Assembly: GCA_965601925.1 (NCBI GenBank)
Contig: OZ271854.1
Location: 2,624,001 to 2,688,000 of the forward strand
Reading direction: 5' to 3'
DNA: 64,000 bases
Source of the DNA: Alkalispirochaeta sp.
GTDB taxonomy: Bacteria; Spirochaetota; Spirochaetia; DSM-27196; Alkalispirochaetaceae
The position numbers and the translations under genes were made by a program. The notes under the pieces were generated by a model that worked only from the letters and a program-made list of their open reading frames with translations, was not told where the DNA came from and did no database searches. This document shows, in pieces, positions 1 through 9,729 of the stretch (positions are counted from its first letter, which is position 1; every line of letters begins with the position of its first letter).

Positions 1-285
1 GCCGAGGGGACCTTCATTCCGTGGATCGATCTACGGGAACGATGGGGACTCGATCGGCGTGTCGCGTCACCACCACCCGCGAACGGGTCGGGCGGCGGCG
101 AGAGTCTCTCCGGGCGGTTCGGACGCTTCGCGCGGGACTGCGGCGTGTGGCTCTCCGACGGGCGGCAGTTCGGCCCGGAGGGTGAGGGTTTTATGCGTAT
201 CAACGTCGCAACCTCGCGCGATCGGCTCGCCGAGGGCCTGCGACGCTTCCGACGCGCCCTGGAGACGTTCGACTCATCGCGATGA
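1..285 (+). CDS. C-terminal part of a MalY/PatB-type PLP-dependent aminotransferase/C-S lyase (5' end outside window)
   Basis: Frame 1 reads AEGTFIPWIDLR...GVWLSDGRQFGPEGEGFMRINVATSRDRLAEGL, ending at TGA 283-285. This is a typical MalY C-terminus. Not in the ORF track. Confidence 0.8.
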   Translation, partial: AEGTFIPWIDLRERWGLDRRVASPPPANGSGGGESLSGRFGRFARDCGVWLSDGRQFGPEGEGFMRINVATSRDRLAEGLRRFRRALETFDSSR

Positions 286-1052
286 GCGACTATCCTCCGC
301 CCGGTACCGAGACGGGAACACCCGTTTCCGTCGATATCGCCGTCGTCTCCGCGTTGCCTCGCGAGATCGAGAGCGTTGCGGAGACGCTCGGGTTTCCGGA
401 GGCACTTTCCGCCGGACCATTTCCGCGCGTCTCTCCGCGAGGCGACGCGCCGGGAGGGCGATCGGTGGTCTGTCTCGCCACCGGTGCAGGTAAGACCTCC
501 GCCGCCCGCGGCATCGCACTCTTTCTCCGGCGGTATCGTCCCGCCCGTATACTCGCGGTGGGAATCGCCGGTAGCGCAGCAAAACACGTCGATGTCGGAG
601 ACGTTGTCGTAGGGCGTCGTGCGTGGTATTACGACGTAGACGCGACCGCGATAGGCATCGCCTACGGAACGGCGGTTCCCGGTGGCGCGGAACATTACGA
701 TTTACACCACTCGGAGCGCGACCTCGCCTGCCTTCGCGACGTCGTCTCCGAAGTAGGCGACCTAGGGGCGACGGTACGCCTCGGGGAGGTGGCGACCGGC
801 GATACGTTCGTCGACGCGGCCGCTCTCCGAGCGCTTCCTTGCCTCTGGCGGGAGCGGATCGAGATGTCCGCTGCGGTCGATATGGAGAGCGCAGCTTGGG
901 CCGAGACCGCATCGTCGTACGGTATTTCCACGACGATCATCCGCATGATCTCCGATCACGTGCATACGGGGACGCGACTCTCTTTTCGGCGCGCCTGCAC
1001 CTGCATCGGGATCGCCGCGTCGCGATTTCTCACGCAGTGCTCCGGAGCATAG
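282..1052 (+). CDS. mtnN: 5'-methylthioadenosine/S-adenosylhomocysteine nucleosidase family protein
   Basis: SALPRE, TGAGK..AA, VGIAGS, ATGDTF, AVDMESAA and IRMISD motifs. ATGA overlap with the upstream gene. Confidence 0.8.
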   Translation: MSDYPPPGTETGTPVSVDIAVVSALPREIESVAETLGFPEALSAGPFPRVSPRGDAPGGRSVVCLATGAGKTSAARGIALFLRRYRPARILAVGIAGSAAKHVDVGDVVVGRRAWYYDVDATAIGIAYGTAVPGGAEHYDLHHSERDLACLRDVVSEVGDLGATVRLGEVATGDTFVDAAALRALPCLWRERIEMSAAVDMESAAWAETASSYGISTTIIRMISDHVHTGTRLSFRRACTCIGIAASRFLTQCSGA

Positions 1053-1124
1053 ATCGGCGGTGTCGCGCACGAAGATTACCTCGCCGACTTGCCGTTTTTC
1101 CCAAGAAGGTGTCATTGTTAGACC

Positions 1125-1517
1125 ATGACACGACGACTCATCGCATCGTTGACGCTCGCCGGCGCCGCGTTTTCCGGTGTCTTTGCCGACGACGTCTTCG
1201 CACGCTACGGCGACCCGCGAGACCCCGAAGTACTGGATACGATTATTCGTGAGATTCGCGACGATTTCCTGCTTATCGACGTACGGACGGTCGAAGAGTA
1301 TGAAGAGGGGCGCATCCCCACGGCGCACAATATCGATCATCGTGAGATCGCCGGTGCAATGGTCGAGGGAGACCGAAGCAAGCCGGTCATCCTCTATTGC
1401 AGAACGGGACGGCGCAGCCGTATCGCGGCGCGAGACCTACAGAGACTGGGTTACCAGACGATTATCGACTTCGGCGGCATCAACCGATGGCGTGGAGAGA
1501 TAGAAACGGATAACTAA
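1125..1517 (+). CDS. Exported single-domain rhodanese-like protein
   Basis: Signal-peptide-like N-terminus, LIDVRT.EEY.EG.IP.A and active-site loop YCRTGRRS. Confidence 0.85.
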   Translation: MTRRLIASLTLAGAAFSGVFADDVFARYGDPRDPEVLDTIIREIRDDFLLIDVRTVEEYEEGRIPTAHNIDHREIAGAMVEGDRSKPVILYCRTGRRSRIAARDLQRLGYQTIIDFGGINRWRGEIETDN

Positions 1518-4471
1518 TGGACGTTCACGCAGCTTATTCGCGCCTCGAATCTCGGGATCTTCCCGACTACAACGGCACCGGTACGCTCTATCGTCATAAG
1601 ACGAGCAGGGCGGAGATATTTCATCTCGCAAACGACGACCCCGAGAATATGTTCTCATTCGCCTTCGGCACCTATCCTGAGAATTCCACCGGTGTCGCCC
1701 ACATTCTCGAGCACACGGTCCTCAGCGGATCGGAGCGTTTTCCGGTCAAAGATCCCTTCTTGCAGCTCCTCAAGGGGTCGGTCAACACGTTCCTCAATGC
1801 GATGACCTATCCGGATAAGACGGTCTATCCCGCCGCGAGCCCCGTTGCCAGGGACCTCTTTAACATGATGAAGGTCTACGGCGACGCAGTCTTTTTCCCG
1901 TTACTCAAAGCGGAGCTCTTTCGACAGGAGGGACATCGTCTCCAGTTCGACGGCGACGGAGCTCTGGAACGTACCGGTATCGTCTATAACGAGATGAAGG
2001 GTAACTACTCCAGCCACGATTCGGTCGTGGGCGAGCGATGCTTTCAGTCGCTCTTTCCCGACACGATCTACCGCCACGATTCGGGCGGCGACCCCGCGGT
2101 TATCCCGGAGCTTACCTACGAGCAGTTCGTGGCGTTTCACCGGCGCTATTACCATCCGTCCAACGTGCGGATCGTGCTGTACGGCGACATCCCGGCCGCC
2201 GAGTATCTGGAGTTTCTGCACACCGAGTTTCTCTCACGTTTCGAGGCTCAACCGCCGATCGCACCGCCGGCGCTCCAGCAGCGATGGACCGAGCCGCGAC
2301 TCGTCGAGGCGACATACCCCCTCGACGGAGTTGAGGATCTCGGTCGCCGCAGTTCGGTAACCATGAACTGGCTGCTCTTTCCCGTCACCGACGCGAGGCG
2401 CGTGCTCGCGACCGCGGTGCTGTCCGATATCCTCCTCGGTCACAGCGGTTCGCCGCTGACCAAAGCGCTCGTCGATTCGGGGATCGGGCAGGATCTGTCT
2501 CCGGTCGTCGGGTTGGAGATCGAACTCCAAGAGGCGGTCTTTTCGGTCGGGCTGCGCGGTACCGACGGCGAACGCAAAGACGAAATCGAGGCCCTCGTGA
2601 TCGATACGCTGCGCCGACTGGCCGATGAAGGCATTCCCGCCGACGCGATCGAGGCGGCGCTGCGACGCGTCGAGTTCAGCAATCGCGAGATGAAAGGTGG
2701 ACCCAACGGCCTCAGAGTCATGAATCGCGCGCTGCGCGGATGGATGTACGGCGGCGACCCGATGGACGCCCTCAGTTTCGGACGCTCCATCGCCGAGCTT
2801 CGCGAGCGCCTTACCGCCGAGAAGCGCCTCTTTGAGAAGATGATCGCGGAGCTCCTCTTGGATAATCCGCACCGCTCCACCGTGGTCGTGCGGCCCGACG
2901 CTGATCAGTCGCGGCGGGAACAGGAGGCGCTGACACGGGAGTTGAACGAGCTCCGGGAGGCGCTGTCCGCCGGGGAGCGTAGCCGGATCGAGGACGAAAG
3001 CCGAGTGCTCGTGACGTTGCAGGAGACGCCCGACGATCCGGCCTCACTCGCCAAGATACCCTTTCTCCGACTCGCCGACATTCCGCAGGAGGTCCGCACC
3101 GTACCGTACGACGCCGTTGCGCTTCCTGGCGGTACCGGGAGCCTCTATCTCCACAAGGAGTTCACCAACGGCATCCTTTATGTGGACGTCGCCTTCGACT
3201 TCGGCGCGCTGTCGCCGCGCGAAGAGTCGCTTCTCAACCTCCTGGGAGCGGCGTATACCGAGGTGGGGCTGCCCGGTTTGGCTCATGATCGGCTCAACGA
3301 GCTGATCAGTTTGAGCACCGGCGGGATCTCCGCCTTCGTAAGCAATCAAACGCGATACGGCGACCTCACGCGCATACGACGGCTCTTTGTCCTACGCCTC
3401 AGGGTCCTCGATCGTACATGGCGCGAAGGGGCCGAGCTCTTTGCTCGTATCATACGTGAGCTCGACTTCTCCGACGAGCGACGACTCTCTCAGGTGCTTG
3501 ACGAGCTCATCGAAGAGATGCACAGCGCTCTCATTCCCGGTGGGCACTACTTTGCGGGGCTACGAGCCGCGGCCGGTATCAACGCGCTGGCCGGTCTCGA
3601 GGAGGAGATGAACGGTATCACGCAGCTCGCGCACCTACAGGCTTTTGCGGACGAGATGAGGAGCCGGCCCGGCCGCATCGGCGGCGAGTTGAACGCGCTC
3701 CTTTCCCGCCTCGTCAATCCGGTCGCTATGAACGTCAACATTACCGGCGAGAGCGGGGTGGTGGACGAGGTTCGAGGCTGGACGGACGATTTTGCGGCGA
3801 CGGCGGGCCTACGTTTCTCCGGTGAGGCGGCCGGTGTTCCGGGCGGCACGGTCTTCGAGGCGCCGGCGGGATACGGCGAGCGGGAGTACCTGCTCTCTTC
3901 GGCGAGCGTCTCCTACGTAACCGTCGCCTTTCCCGGCATTCTACACGGCGATCCGCTCGCCCCCGCGCAAGACCTTCTTGCGCACCTATTGCGCACCGGA
4001 CCCTTGTGGGAACGTATTCGGATGCGCGGCGGCGCCTACGGGGCCTTCGCTTCGAGCAGAACCACCGAAGGAATCTTCTCGTTCGCCAGTTACCGCGACC
4101 CTCACACGGTACGAACGCTGGAAACCTACCGTGAGGCCCTGGATGAGGTGGCCAACCGCGGGATCGACGGAGACGCGATCGAACTGGCCAAAGTGAGTAT
4201 GCTGGGGCGGGAGCTCCGCCCTTTGACGCCGCGCGACGCCGGATTCGTTAACTTTAAGCGCCGGCTGCATGATATCGACGATACCCTGCGTCAACACCTG
4301 CGCGATCGGCTGCGGGAGGTCGGCGGCGAGGACATTCGTGCCGCCGCGTCTCGGCTGCTCGGGCAGTTCGAGCGGCGTCGAGTCGTCATCCTGGGCGGTT
4401 CCGCGGGAAGCGACGAGTGGCGCGCGACCCCGGACGGAGCGCACGCACCGGTGCACGAGTTGGGAGTGTAG
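1517..4471 (+). CDS. M16C (PreP/presequence protease-like) zinc metallopeptidase
   Basis: Inverted zincin motif HILEH, FLNAMTYPDKT.YP, G.VYNEMKG, C-terminal IRMRGGAYG and SYRDP. 984 aa. Confidence 0.92.
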   Translation: MDVHAAYSRLESRDLPDYNGTGTLYRHKTSRAEIFHLANDDPENMFSFAFGTYPENSTGVAHILEHTVLSGSERFPVKDPFLQLLKGSVNTFLNAMTYPDKTVYPAASPVARDLFNMMKVYGDAVFFPLLKAELFRQEGHRLQFDGDGALERTGIVYNEMKGNYSSHDSVVGERCFQSLFPDTIYRHDSGGDPAVIPELTYEQFVAFHRRYYHPSNVRIVLYGDIPAAEYLEFLHTEFLSRFEAQPPIAPPALQQRWTEPRLVEATYPLDGVEDLGRRSSVTMNWLLFPVTDARRVLATAVLSDILLGHSGSPLTKALVDSGIGQDLSPVVGLEIELQEAVFSVGLRGTDGERKDEIEALVIDTLRRLADEGIPADAIEAALRRVEFSNREMKGGPNGLRVMNRALRGWMYGGDPMDALSFGRSIAELRERLTAEKRLFEKMIAELLLDNPHRSTVVVRPDADQSRREQEALTRELNELREALSAGERSRIEDESRVLVTLQETPDDPASLAKIPFLRLADIPQEVRTVPYDAVALPGGTGSLYLHKEFTNGILYVDVAFDFGALSPREESLLNLLGAAYTEVGLPGLAHDRLNELISLSTGGISAFVSNQTRYGDLTRIRRLFVLRLRVLDRTWREGAELFARIIRELDFSDERRLSQVLDELIEEMHSALIPGGHYFAGLRAAAGINALAGLEEEMNGITQLAHLQAFADEMRSRPGRIGGELNALLSRLVNPVAMNVNITGESGVVDEVRGWTDDFAATAGLRFSGEAAGVPGGTVFEAPAGYGEREYLLSSASVSYVTVAFPGILHGDPLAPAQDLLAHLLRTGPLWERIRMRGGAYGAFASSRTTEGIFSFASYRDPHTVRTLETYREALDEVANRGIDGDAIELAKVSMLGRELRPLTPRDAGFVNFKRRLHDIDDTLRQHLRDRLREVGGEDIRAAASRLLGQFERRRVVILGGSAGSDEWRATPDGAHAPVHELGV

Positions 4472-4503
4472 CCGTCCCTGGAGACCGCACGAAAGGAGGT
4501 GAG

Positions 4504-5277
4504 ATGAGCTCAACGGTACGGTACCGATTGGAATCGTTTCTTTCCCGCAGGATCACCCTCACGGTGTCGAATGCGTTGGTTGTGATCTCCGTCGCGTTTC
4601 TGTTCTTCCTGCGCCTCGTTCCGGTCACGGAGGGATTTCGCACGGTCATCGAGGGCATCGACTTCGTGGTGTTGATCTTTCTCGCCGTGGAGTTCTGCCT
4701 CCGATTCGCCGCCTTCGGAAGGAGTTACTTTTTACGCGACTTCGGGTGGATCGATTTGCTTGCGATTATTCCGATTTTGACGCCTCTCGTCGCCCTGATG
4801 GGCGAGTTGCGCGCGTTGAGAATCGCGCGTCTCATCAGGCTGGTCCGCGTCATACGGGTAGTACGCGTCCTTAGGTCTCTTGACGAGGGCGACACACCCC
4901 ATTTGCAGATGAAGGTGCGCTTTTTCCTCGCCGTCTCATCGGCGGCAATGCTCTTTCTCCTCGCCACTGCGATGGTTATCGTCGCGTTGGTCGATCGATC
5001 GGTCGGCAGCACGCCGGGTGCCGACATCACACGTCTGTTGGATCAGATCGAGTTGGTGATCATGAGCGCAGCCGTACTCGCGGCACTCGGAATCACCGTC
5101 ACGGCGAACCACTTTCTCAAGACGCTCGTGACGGATCGAATCGTAGCGGTGAATCGCTATCTGGACTCCATCATGACCGGCGGCAATAAGTTACCCCTGC
5201 GTTCCGACGATCTCGGCGACGAGATCACCGAGCTCCAAGAGAAGGTAGGGCGCGTCTCGAGCGTTTTCGTACTGTAG
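4504..5277 (+). CDS. Ion_trans-type voltage-sensor domain + 2 TM + HAMP-like C-terminus, no pore loop
   Basis: SD AAGGAGG before ATG 4504. S2 FLAVEFCLRF, S3 WIDLLAIIP, S4 LRALRIARLIRLVRVIRVVRVLR. C-terminal IVAVNRYLDSIMTGG...DEITELQEKV. Confidence 0.75.
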   Translation: MSSTVRYRLESFLSRRITLTVSNALVVISVAFLFFLRLVPVTEGFRTVIEGIDFVVLIFLAVEFCLRFAAFGRSYFLRDFGWIDLLAIIPILTPLVALMGELRALRIARLIRLVRVIRVVRVLRSLDEGDTPHLQMKVRFFLAVSSAAMLFLLATAMVIVALVDRSVGSTPGADITRLLDQIELVIMSAAVLAALGITVTANHFLKTLVTDRIVAVNRYLDSIMTGGNKLPLRSDDLGDEITELQEKVGRVSSVFVL

Positions 5278-5347
5278 CGGTACCGCCGGCCGAACCTTTC
5301 CGTAACACACCGTCCTCGGCATCGTCTCGCGCGGCAGCGGCGCGCCA

Positions 5348-5375
5348 TTGGCGTTTGCCCGCTATCTGGTATACT
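5348..5375 (+). promoter_or_regulatory. Putative sigma70 promoter for xpaC-SBP-telA
   Basis: TTGGCG-16 nt-TATACT with extended -10 (TGgTATACT). Confidence 0.4.
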
Positions 5376-5400
5376 CTCAGAGGCGGATCGGAGTTCGACA

Positions 5401-6063
5401 ATGAGCGGTACAGCGGTTGGTATTGCGGCGGCGCTCGCCTTCGCAGCGATGTATTTTCTTCTCAATGTGGGGTTTCTCCCAGCCCTCGTGCTTTCGGGCG
5501 GTTTGTATGTCGGGTTGGCGGTCTTCTCGGTCGTGCGGGACCGCGTGGCGCGCCAAGCGACCGGCCCGGATCGTAAGACCGCAGGTGCCGCAGGCAAGCG
5601 CACGCCGTTGAATGTGGACCTGAGCGGGCTTTCCATCACGCAAGAGGAGTTCGAGGACGCCCTTCGCGAGGGCTCCAGAAAATTGACGACGCTCAAGAGG
5701 GCGGCGGAGCGAATCGCCGATCGGAGCGTCCGCGGCAAGGCGTATGCGGTGTGCGACGCAGTGGCGCGCATTCTTCGGGATATCCGGGAGGATCCCAAGG
5801 ATCTCAAACCGGCGCGTAAGTTCCTGGGGTACTACTTGGATGCGACGGTCAAAGTGGTCGACCGTTACGCCGCATTGGCTACGAAATCGGTCGCCTCGGA
5901 CGAGCTTTCCGAGTCGTTGGAACGTGCAGAGGCGAGCCTGGATACGATCAAAGCCGCCTACGACAAGCAGCTCGCTCAGTTGTTGGAGAACGATGTGATG
6001 GATCTCGATACGGAACTACGCGTGCTTGAACAGACGATTCGTATGGAAGGACTCGGCGACTGA
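5401..6063 (+). CDS. XpaC-like (5-bromo-4-chloroindolyl phosphate hydrolysis family) membrane protein
   Basis: Two N-terminal TM segments, then I..DP.....ARKFL.YYLD and L..ND.MDLDTEL.VL. Located beside telA. Confidence 0.8.
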   Translation: MSGTAVGIAAALAFAAMYFLLNVGFLPALVLSGGLYVGLAVFSVVRDRVARQATGPDRKTAGAAGKRTPLNVDLSGLSITQEEFEDALREGSRKLTTLKRAAERIADRSVRGKAYAVCDAVARILRDIREDPKDLKPARKFLGYYLDATVKVVDRYAALATKSVASDELSESLERAEASLDTIKAAYDKQLAQLLENDVMDLDTELRVLEQTIRMEGLGD

Positions 6064-7202
6064 TGGCGACCGGAAAAAAGAGAGGACGCCTCCCGGGGCT
6101 CGCTATTTTTCTGATCGTCGTCGCGGTCGCCGGGGTGAGTGAGCTGCTTCGCTCGCCGGCGTCCGGGGAGACGGCGCGCGAGGGCCGCGGTCTCGTCGAG
6201 GGCGTCGCGCGTATCTTCGGTGGGACGAGTGAAGTCAGCGGTCTTATCGGAAGTGAGAAGGCGAACTTTCTCAACAATCGCGAGGTGCAGGCGATTCTCG
6301 CCGATCGATACGGGCTGGAGGTCGCCTTTCGGCGCGCCGGTTCCTTCGAGATGCTCGGGCTCTCCCACGAGGGACTCGATTTTCTCTGGCCGTCCAGCCA
6401 AGTCGCATTGGAGAACTATCGCGTCGATTTCGGCTCTCCCTTGGCCGACGCGATCATCTTTAACTCGCCGATCGTGATGTATTCGTGGACTCCCGTCGTG
6501 ACCGAGCTCGGCTCGCGACGGTTGGTCGTCGCTGAAGAGGGGGTCTACCGCGCTCCGTTGGAGCCCCTCCTGCAGTCGATACTCCTCCAGCGAACCTGGG
6601 GAGATGTCGGTGTCGAGGCCGTGTTCGGACGATTCGCAATCACGAGTACCGATCCGCTGCGGTCCAACTCCGGGAATATGTTTGCGGGGCTCGTCGCAAA
6701 CACGCTCGCCGGCGGCGTGGCGCGGTCGTCCGATCTTCCGACGGTGCTTCCCGACGTCCTGGAGGTCTTCCGCGTCCAAGGACGGATGGAACACTCCACC
6801 GGGACGCTCTTTGAACGGTACCTGCAACTCGGGATCGCGCAATTCCCGCTGATCGTCGGATATGAGAGTCAGTACATCGAGTTCGCCCGCGAGAATCCCG
6901 ATTTGTGGCCCGAGGTTCGCCAACAGATCGCGCTCATCTATCCGGTACCGACGGTGTGGAGCAGCCATCCGCTGATCGCTCTCACCGAGAACGGCCGCGT
7001 GCTGTTGGAGGCGTTGGCGGACGAGGAGATACAGCAGCTGGCGTGGACCCAGCACGGATTCCGCAGCGGTGCGGTGGGAGCGCGCAACGATCCGGCGGAT
7101 TTGGGGATCGATCGCGTCGCTGAGACGGTGACGCAGGTGATGCAGATGCCGCGCCCCGAGGTCGTGTTCGAGATGATGGACGCCCTCGAGACCATACAGT
7201 GA
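6063..7202 (+). CDS. Membrane-anchored solute-binding-fold protein of the type found in telA loci
   Basis: N-terminal anchor, GSEK..F, DFLWPSS, SPIV.YSW, TDP.RSNSG, YESQ, YP.PT.WS.HP, LAW..HGFR. Confidence 0.7.
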   Translation: MATGKKRGRLPGLAIFLIVVAVAGVSELLRSPASGETAREGRGLVEGVARIFGGTSEVSGLIGSEKANFLNNREVQAILADRYGLEVAFRRAGSFEMLGLSHEGLDFLWPSSQVALENYRVDFGSPLADAIIFNSPIVMYSWTPVVTELGSRRLVVAEEGVYRAPLEPLLQSILLQRTWGDVGVEAVFGRFAITSTDPLRSNSGNMFAGLVANTLAGGVARSSDLPTVLPDVLEVFRVQGRMEHSTGTLFERYLQLGIAQFPLIVGYESQYIEFARENPDLWPEVRQQIALIYPVPTVWSSHPLIALTENGRVLLEALADEEIQQLAWTQHGFRSGAVGARNDPADLGIDRVAETVTQVMQMPRPEVVFEMMDALETIQ

Positions 7203-7254
7203 GGCGCGTCCGTCCTACCGATTCGGGCGACCATAGGAAAGGAGAGTGTACGAC

Positions 7255-8346
7255 ATGAGTGACACGACGCATAACGAAGCCGCAACGAGTGTTCAGTTGG
7301 TGGAGGTGACCAATCTGCCGCCGGAGGCGCAAAAGGAGGCGCGAAAGATCGCCGAGACGATCGACATATCCGATAGTCAGGCGGTAATTCAGTACGGCGT
7401 CGGTGCGCAATCGAAGATCTCCGGTTTTGCCGACACGATTCTGACCGAGATTCGCAACAAAGACGCCGGGTACGTCGGAGATGTGCTCGGTGGACTCATT
7501 TCGACGATTAACGACGTGGACGTCGGGGGACTCGGCGGGGAGAAGGGCGTGCTCGATCGCATGTTCGGCGGACTCAAGCGGCGCATAGAGAAGTTCATGC
7601 AGCGCTACGAGAAGCTCTCGACACAGATCGACAAAGTCGTCGGCGATCTCGATGGAGCCCGCATGAATCTCCTGAAAGACATCGCAATGCTGGATAACCT
7701 CTACGAGAAGAACATGGAGTACCTCCAGAACCTCGACGTGTACATCGCCGCGGGAAAGCTGAAGCTCGACGAGTTTCGGTCCACCGTTCTTCCGGAGATG
7801 GAGCAAAAAGCGCGCGCGTCGAACGATCCGGTCGACGCGCAGAAACTCCAAGATCTGAATCAACTCATCAACCGTTTTGAGAAGAAACTCCACGATATGC
7901 AGCTCTCGCGAATGATCGCGATTCAGACCTCTCCCCAGGTTCGACTGATCCAAAACAACAACCAGACGTTGGTCGAGAAGATTCAAAGCTCGATCCTCAA
8001 CACGATCCCCCTGTGGAAGAACCAAATCATCATCGCTATCAGCCTCTTTCGGCAGAGGCGAGCGCTCGATGTCCAGCGCGAGGTGACCGACACGACCAAT
8101 AACCTGCTCAAAAAGAACGCGGAGATGCTGAAGGAGGGGTCGATCGGCGTCGCACGGGAGAGCGAACGTGGTATCGTGGAGATCGAAACCTTGCAGAAGG
8201 TCAACACCGACCTGATCGCAACGATCGAGGAGACGCTGCAGATTCAGCACGAGGGCCGCCAAAAACGAGCCCAGGCCGAGGCGGAGCTCCAAAAAATGGA
8301 AGGCGAGCTTAAGGAACGCCTCCGTCGCGTCTCCGTCTCCGAGTAA
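7255..8346 (+). CDS. telA: Toxic anion resistance protein (TelA/YaaN family)
   Basis: YG..AQ..I..F.D, RF.KKLHD..LSR.IA.QT.PQ.RLIQ.NN..L.EKIQS....TIPLWKNQ. Confidence 0.9.
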   Translation: MSDTTHNEAATSVQLVEVTNLPPEAQKEARKIAETIDISDSQAVIQYGVGAQSKISGFADTILTEIRNKDAGYVGDVLGGLISTINDVDVGGLGGEKGVLDRMFGGLKRRIEKFMQRYEKLSTQIDKVVGDLDGARMNLLKDIAMLDNLYEKNMEYLQNLDVYIAAGKLKLDEFRSTVLPEMEQKARASNDPVDAQKLQDLNQLINRFEKKLHDMQLSRMIAIQTSPQVRLIQNNNQTLVEKIQSSILNTIPLWKNQIIIAISLFRQRRALDVQREVTDTTNNLLKKNAEMLKEGSIGVARESERGIVEIETLQKVNTDLIATIEETLQIQHEGRQKRAQAEAELQKMEGELKERLRRVSVSE

Positions 8347-8457
8347 TCGGCGCGGCGGCTCCGACGGACAACGGAGAACGCAGTGGTGGGGGCGCCACTC
8401 GATAGTTTGAAAAGAACGGAACGCACCTTAGAATAGAGACGGACGGCCCACGCCACA

Positions 8458-9729
8458 ATGAATGACTTTTCGCTGCCGCAGATCGCGCACCTGCTCCGCG
8501 ACATTAACTCCGGACGGTATGAGGAACTCGCTCTCCGTCCGGGCTTGTCGGAGGATGAGCGCGAGCTACTATTGGCTCTCAACCAGACCCATCGACACCG
8601 CGAGGAACTGCTGCGTCAAGGGCAGGCGCGGAGTCGGCTCATCATCGATTCCACACCGGTGGCGATCTGTATCACGAACGAGAACGGCATATACGAGTAC
8701 GCCAATCCGCGCTACCAAGCCCTCACCGAGTACGATGCGACCGAGCTTATCGGACGACACTTTTCCATGGTCGTGCCTCAAGACACCGAGGAAGAGCTCA
8801 CCAATCTCCACGATGAATTCATGGGGCGTCGCTACGAGCTTGCCGGGCGCTGGCGGATCGTGTCCAAGAGTGGGCGTTCGATTCCGATCCTCGCCAATGC
8901 CGCCTATGTTATCGATATCGACGGTGAGCCGAAGAAGGTAACGTTCGTCATCGACATCACCGAGATTGAACGGGCCCACGAACAGCTTGAGCGAGAGATC
9001 GAAGAGCGACGGCAGCTCGAGCACGTTCGGAACGAGGTGGAGCGCGTGATGCAGCACGATTTACGCAATCCGATCGACGGAATTCGCACCGCCGCCGACT
9101 ACCTCTTGCAGGAAGATCTCGACGAGCGCGCCCAAGAGTTCGTGCGTCTGATGTACGACGCCGCCGTGCGGTTGCGCAATCGGATCGACAACTCCCTGGC
9201 GTACACGCGTATGCGTCAAGGGCGTTATCAGGTCCAACGGGAGCGGGTAAACATGGTGCAACTCGTTCGCGACGTCGTAAAGAGCGTGGAGGAGGCGCGC
9301 TTGGCCTACCGAGCCGAGGTCGTCACCACGTATCGGGGGGCGCCGTTAAGCGAGCAGTACGATATCGAACTGTGGGGCGAGAACGGCTTTTTGATGGATG
9401 CGATCGGCAACTTGGTCCGAAACGCGCTTGAGGCGAGTAATGCGGGAGACGTGGTGTCCATCGATGTCGACGAACACGCCCCTTCCGACGCAACGCCGAC
9501 GGTCGAGATATCCATACATAACCCCGCCGATGTTCCGAAAGAAATTCGCGCCAACCTCTTCGAAGCGTATGTTACCCACGGCAAGCGTCGCGGTACCGGT
9601 TTAGGCACCTACACTGCGCGTCTGGTGTGTGACGCGCACGACGGCTCTATCGAGGTTCGCACCGGCGAAGGAGACGGTACGACGATGACGTTGATGCTTC
9701 CCAGAGGGCGGCCCGGAGAGTTGTTGTGA
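8458..9729 (+). CDS. Cytoplasmic PAS-domain sensor histidine kinase with HAMP-like N-terminus
   Basis: PAS/PAC, H-box HDLRNPI, N-box NLVRNALEA, G-box GTGLG. No TM segment, and no response regulator in the window. Confidence 0.88.
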   Translation: MNDFSLPQIAHLLRDINSGRYEELALRPGLSEDERELLLALNQTHRHREELLRQGQARSRLIIDSTPVAICITNENGIYEYANPRYQALTEYDATELIGRHFSMVVPQDTEEELTNLHDEFMGRRYELAGRWRIVSKSGRSIPILANAAYVIDIDGEPKKVTFVIDITEIERAHEQLEREIEERRQLEHVRNEVERVMQHDLRNPIDGIRTAADYLLQEDLDERAQEFVRLMYDAAVRLRNRIDNSLAYTRMRQGRYQVQRERVNMVQLVRDVVKSVEEARLAYRAEVVTTYRGAPLSEQYDIELWGENGFLMDAIGNLVRNALEASNAGDVVSIDVDEHAPSDATPTVEISIHNPADVPKEIRANLFEAYVTHGKRRGTGLGTYTARLVCDAHDGSIEVRTGEGDGTTMTLMLPRGRPGELL

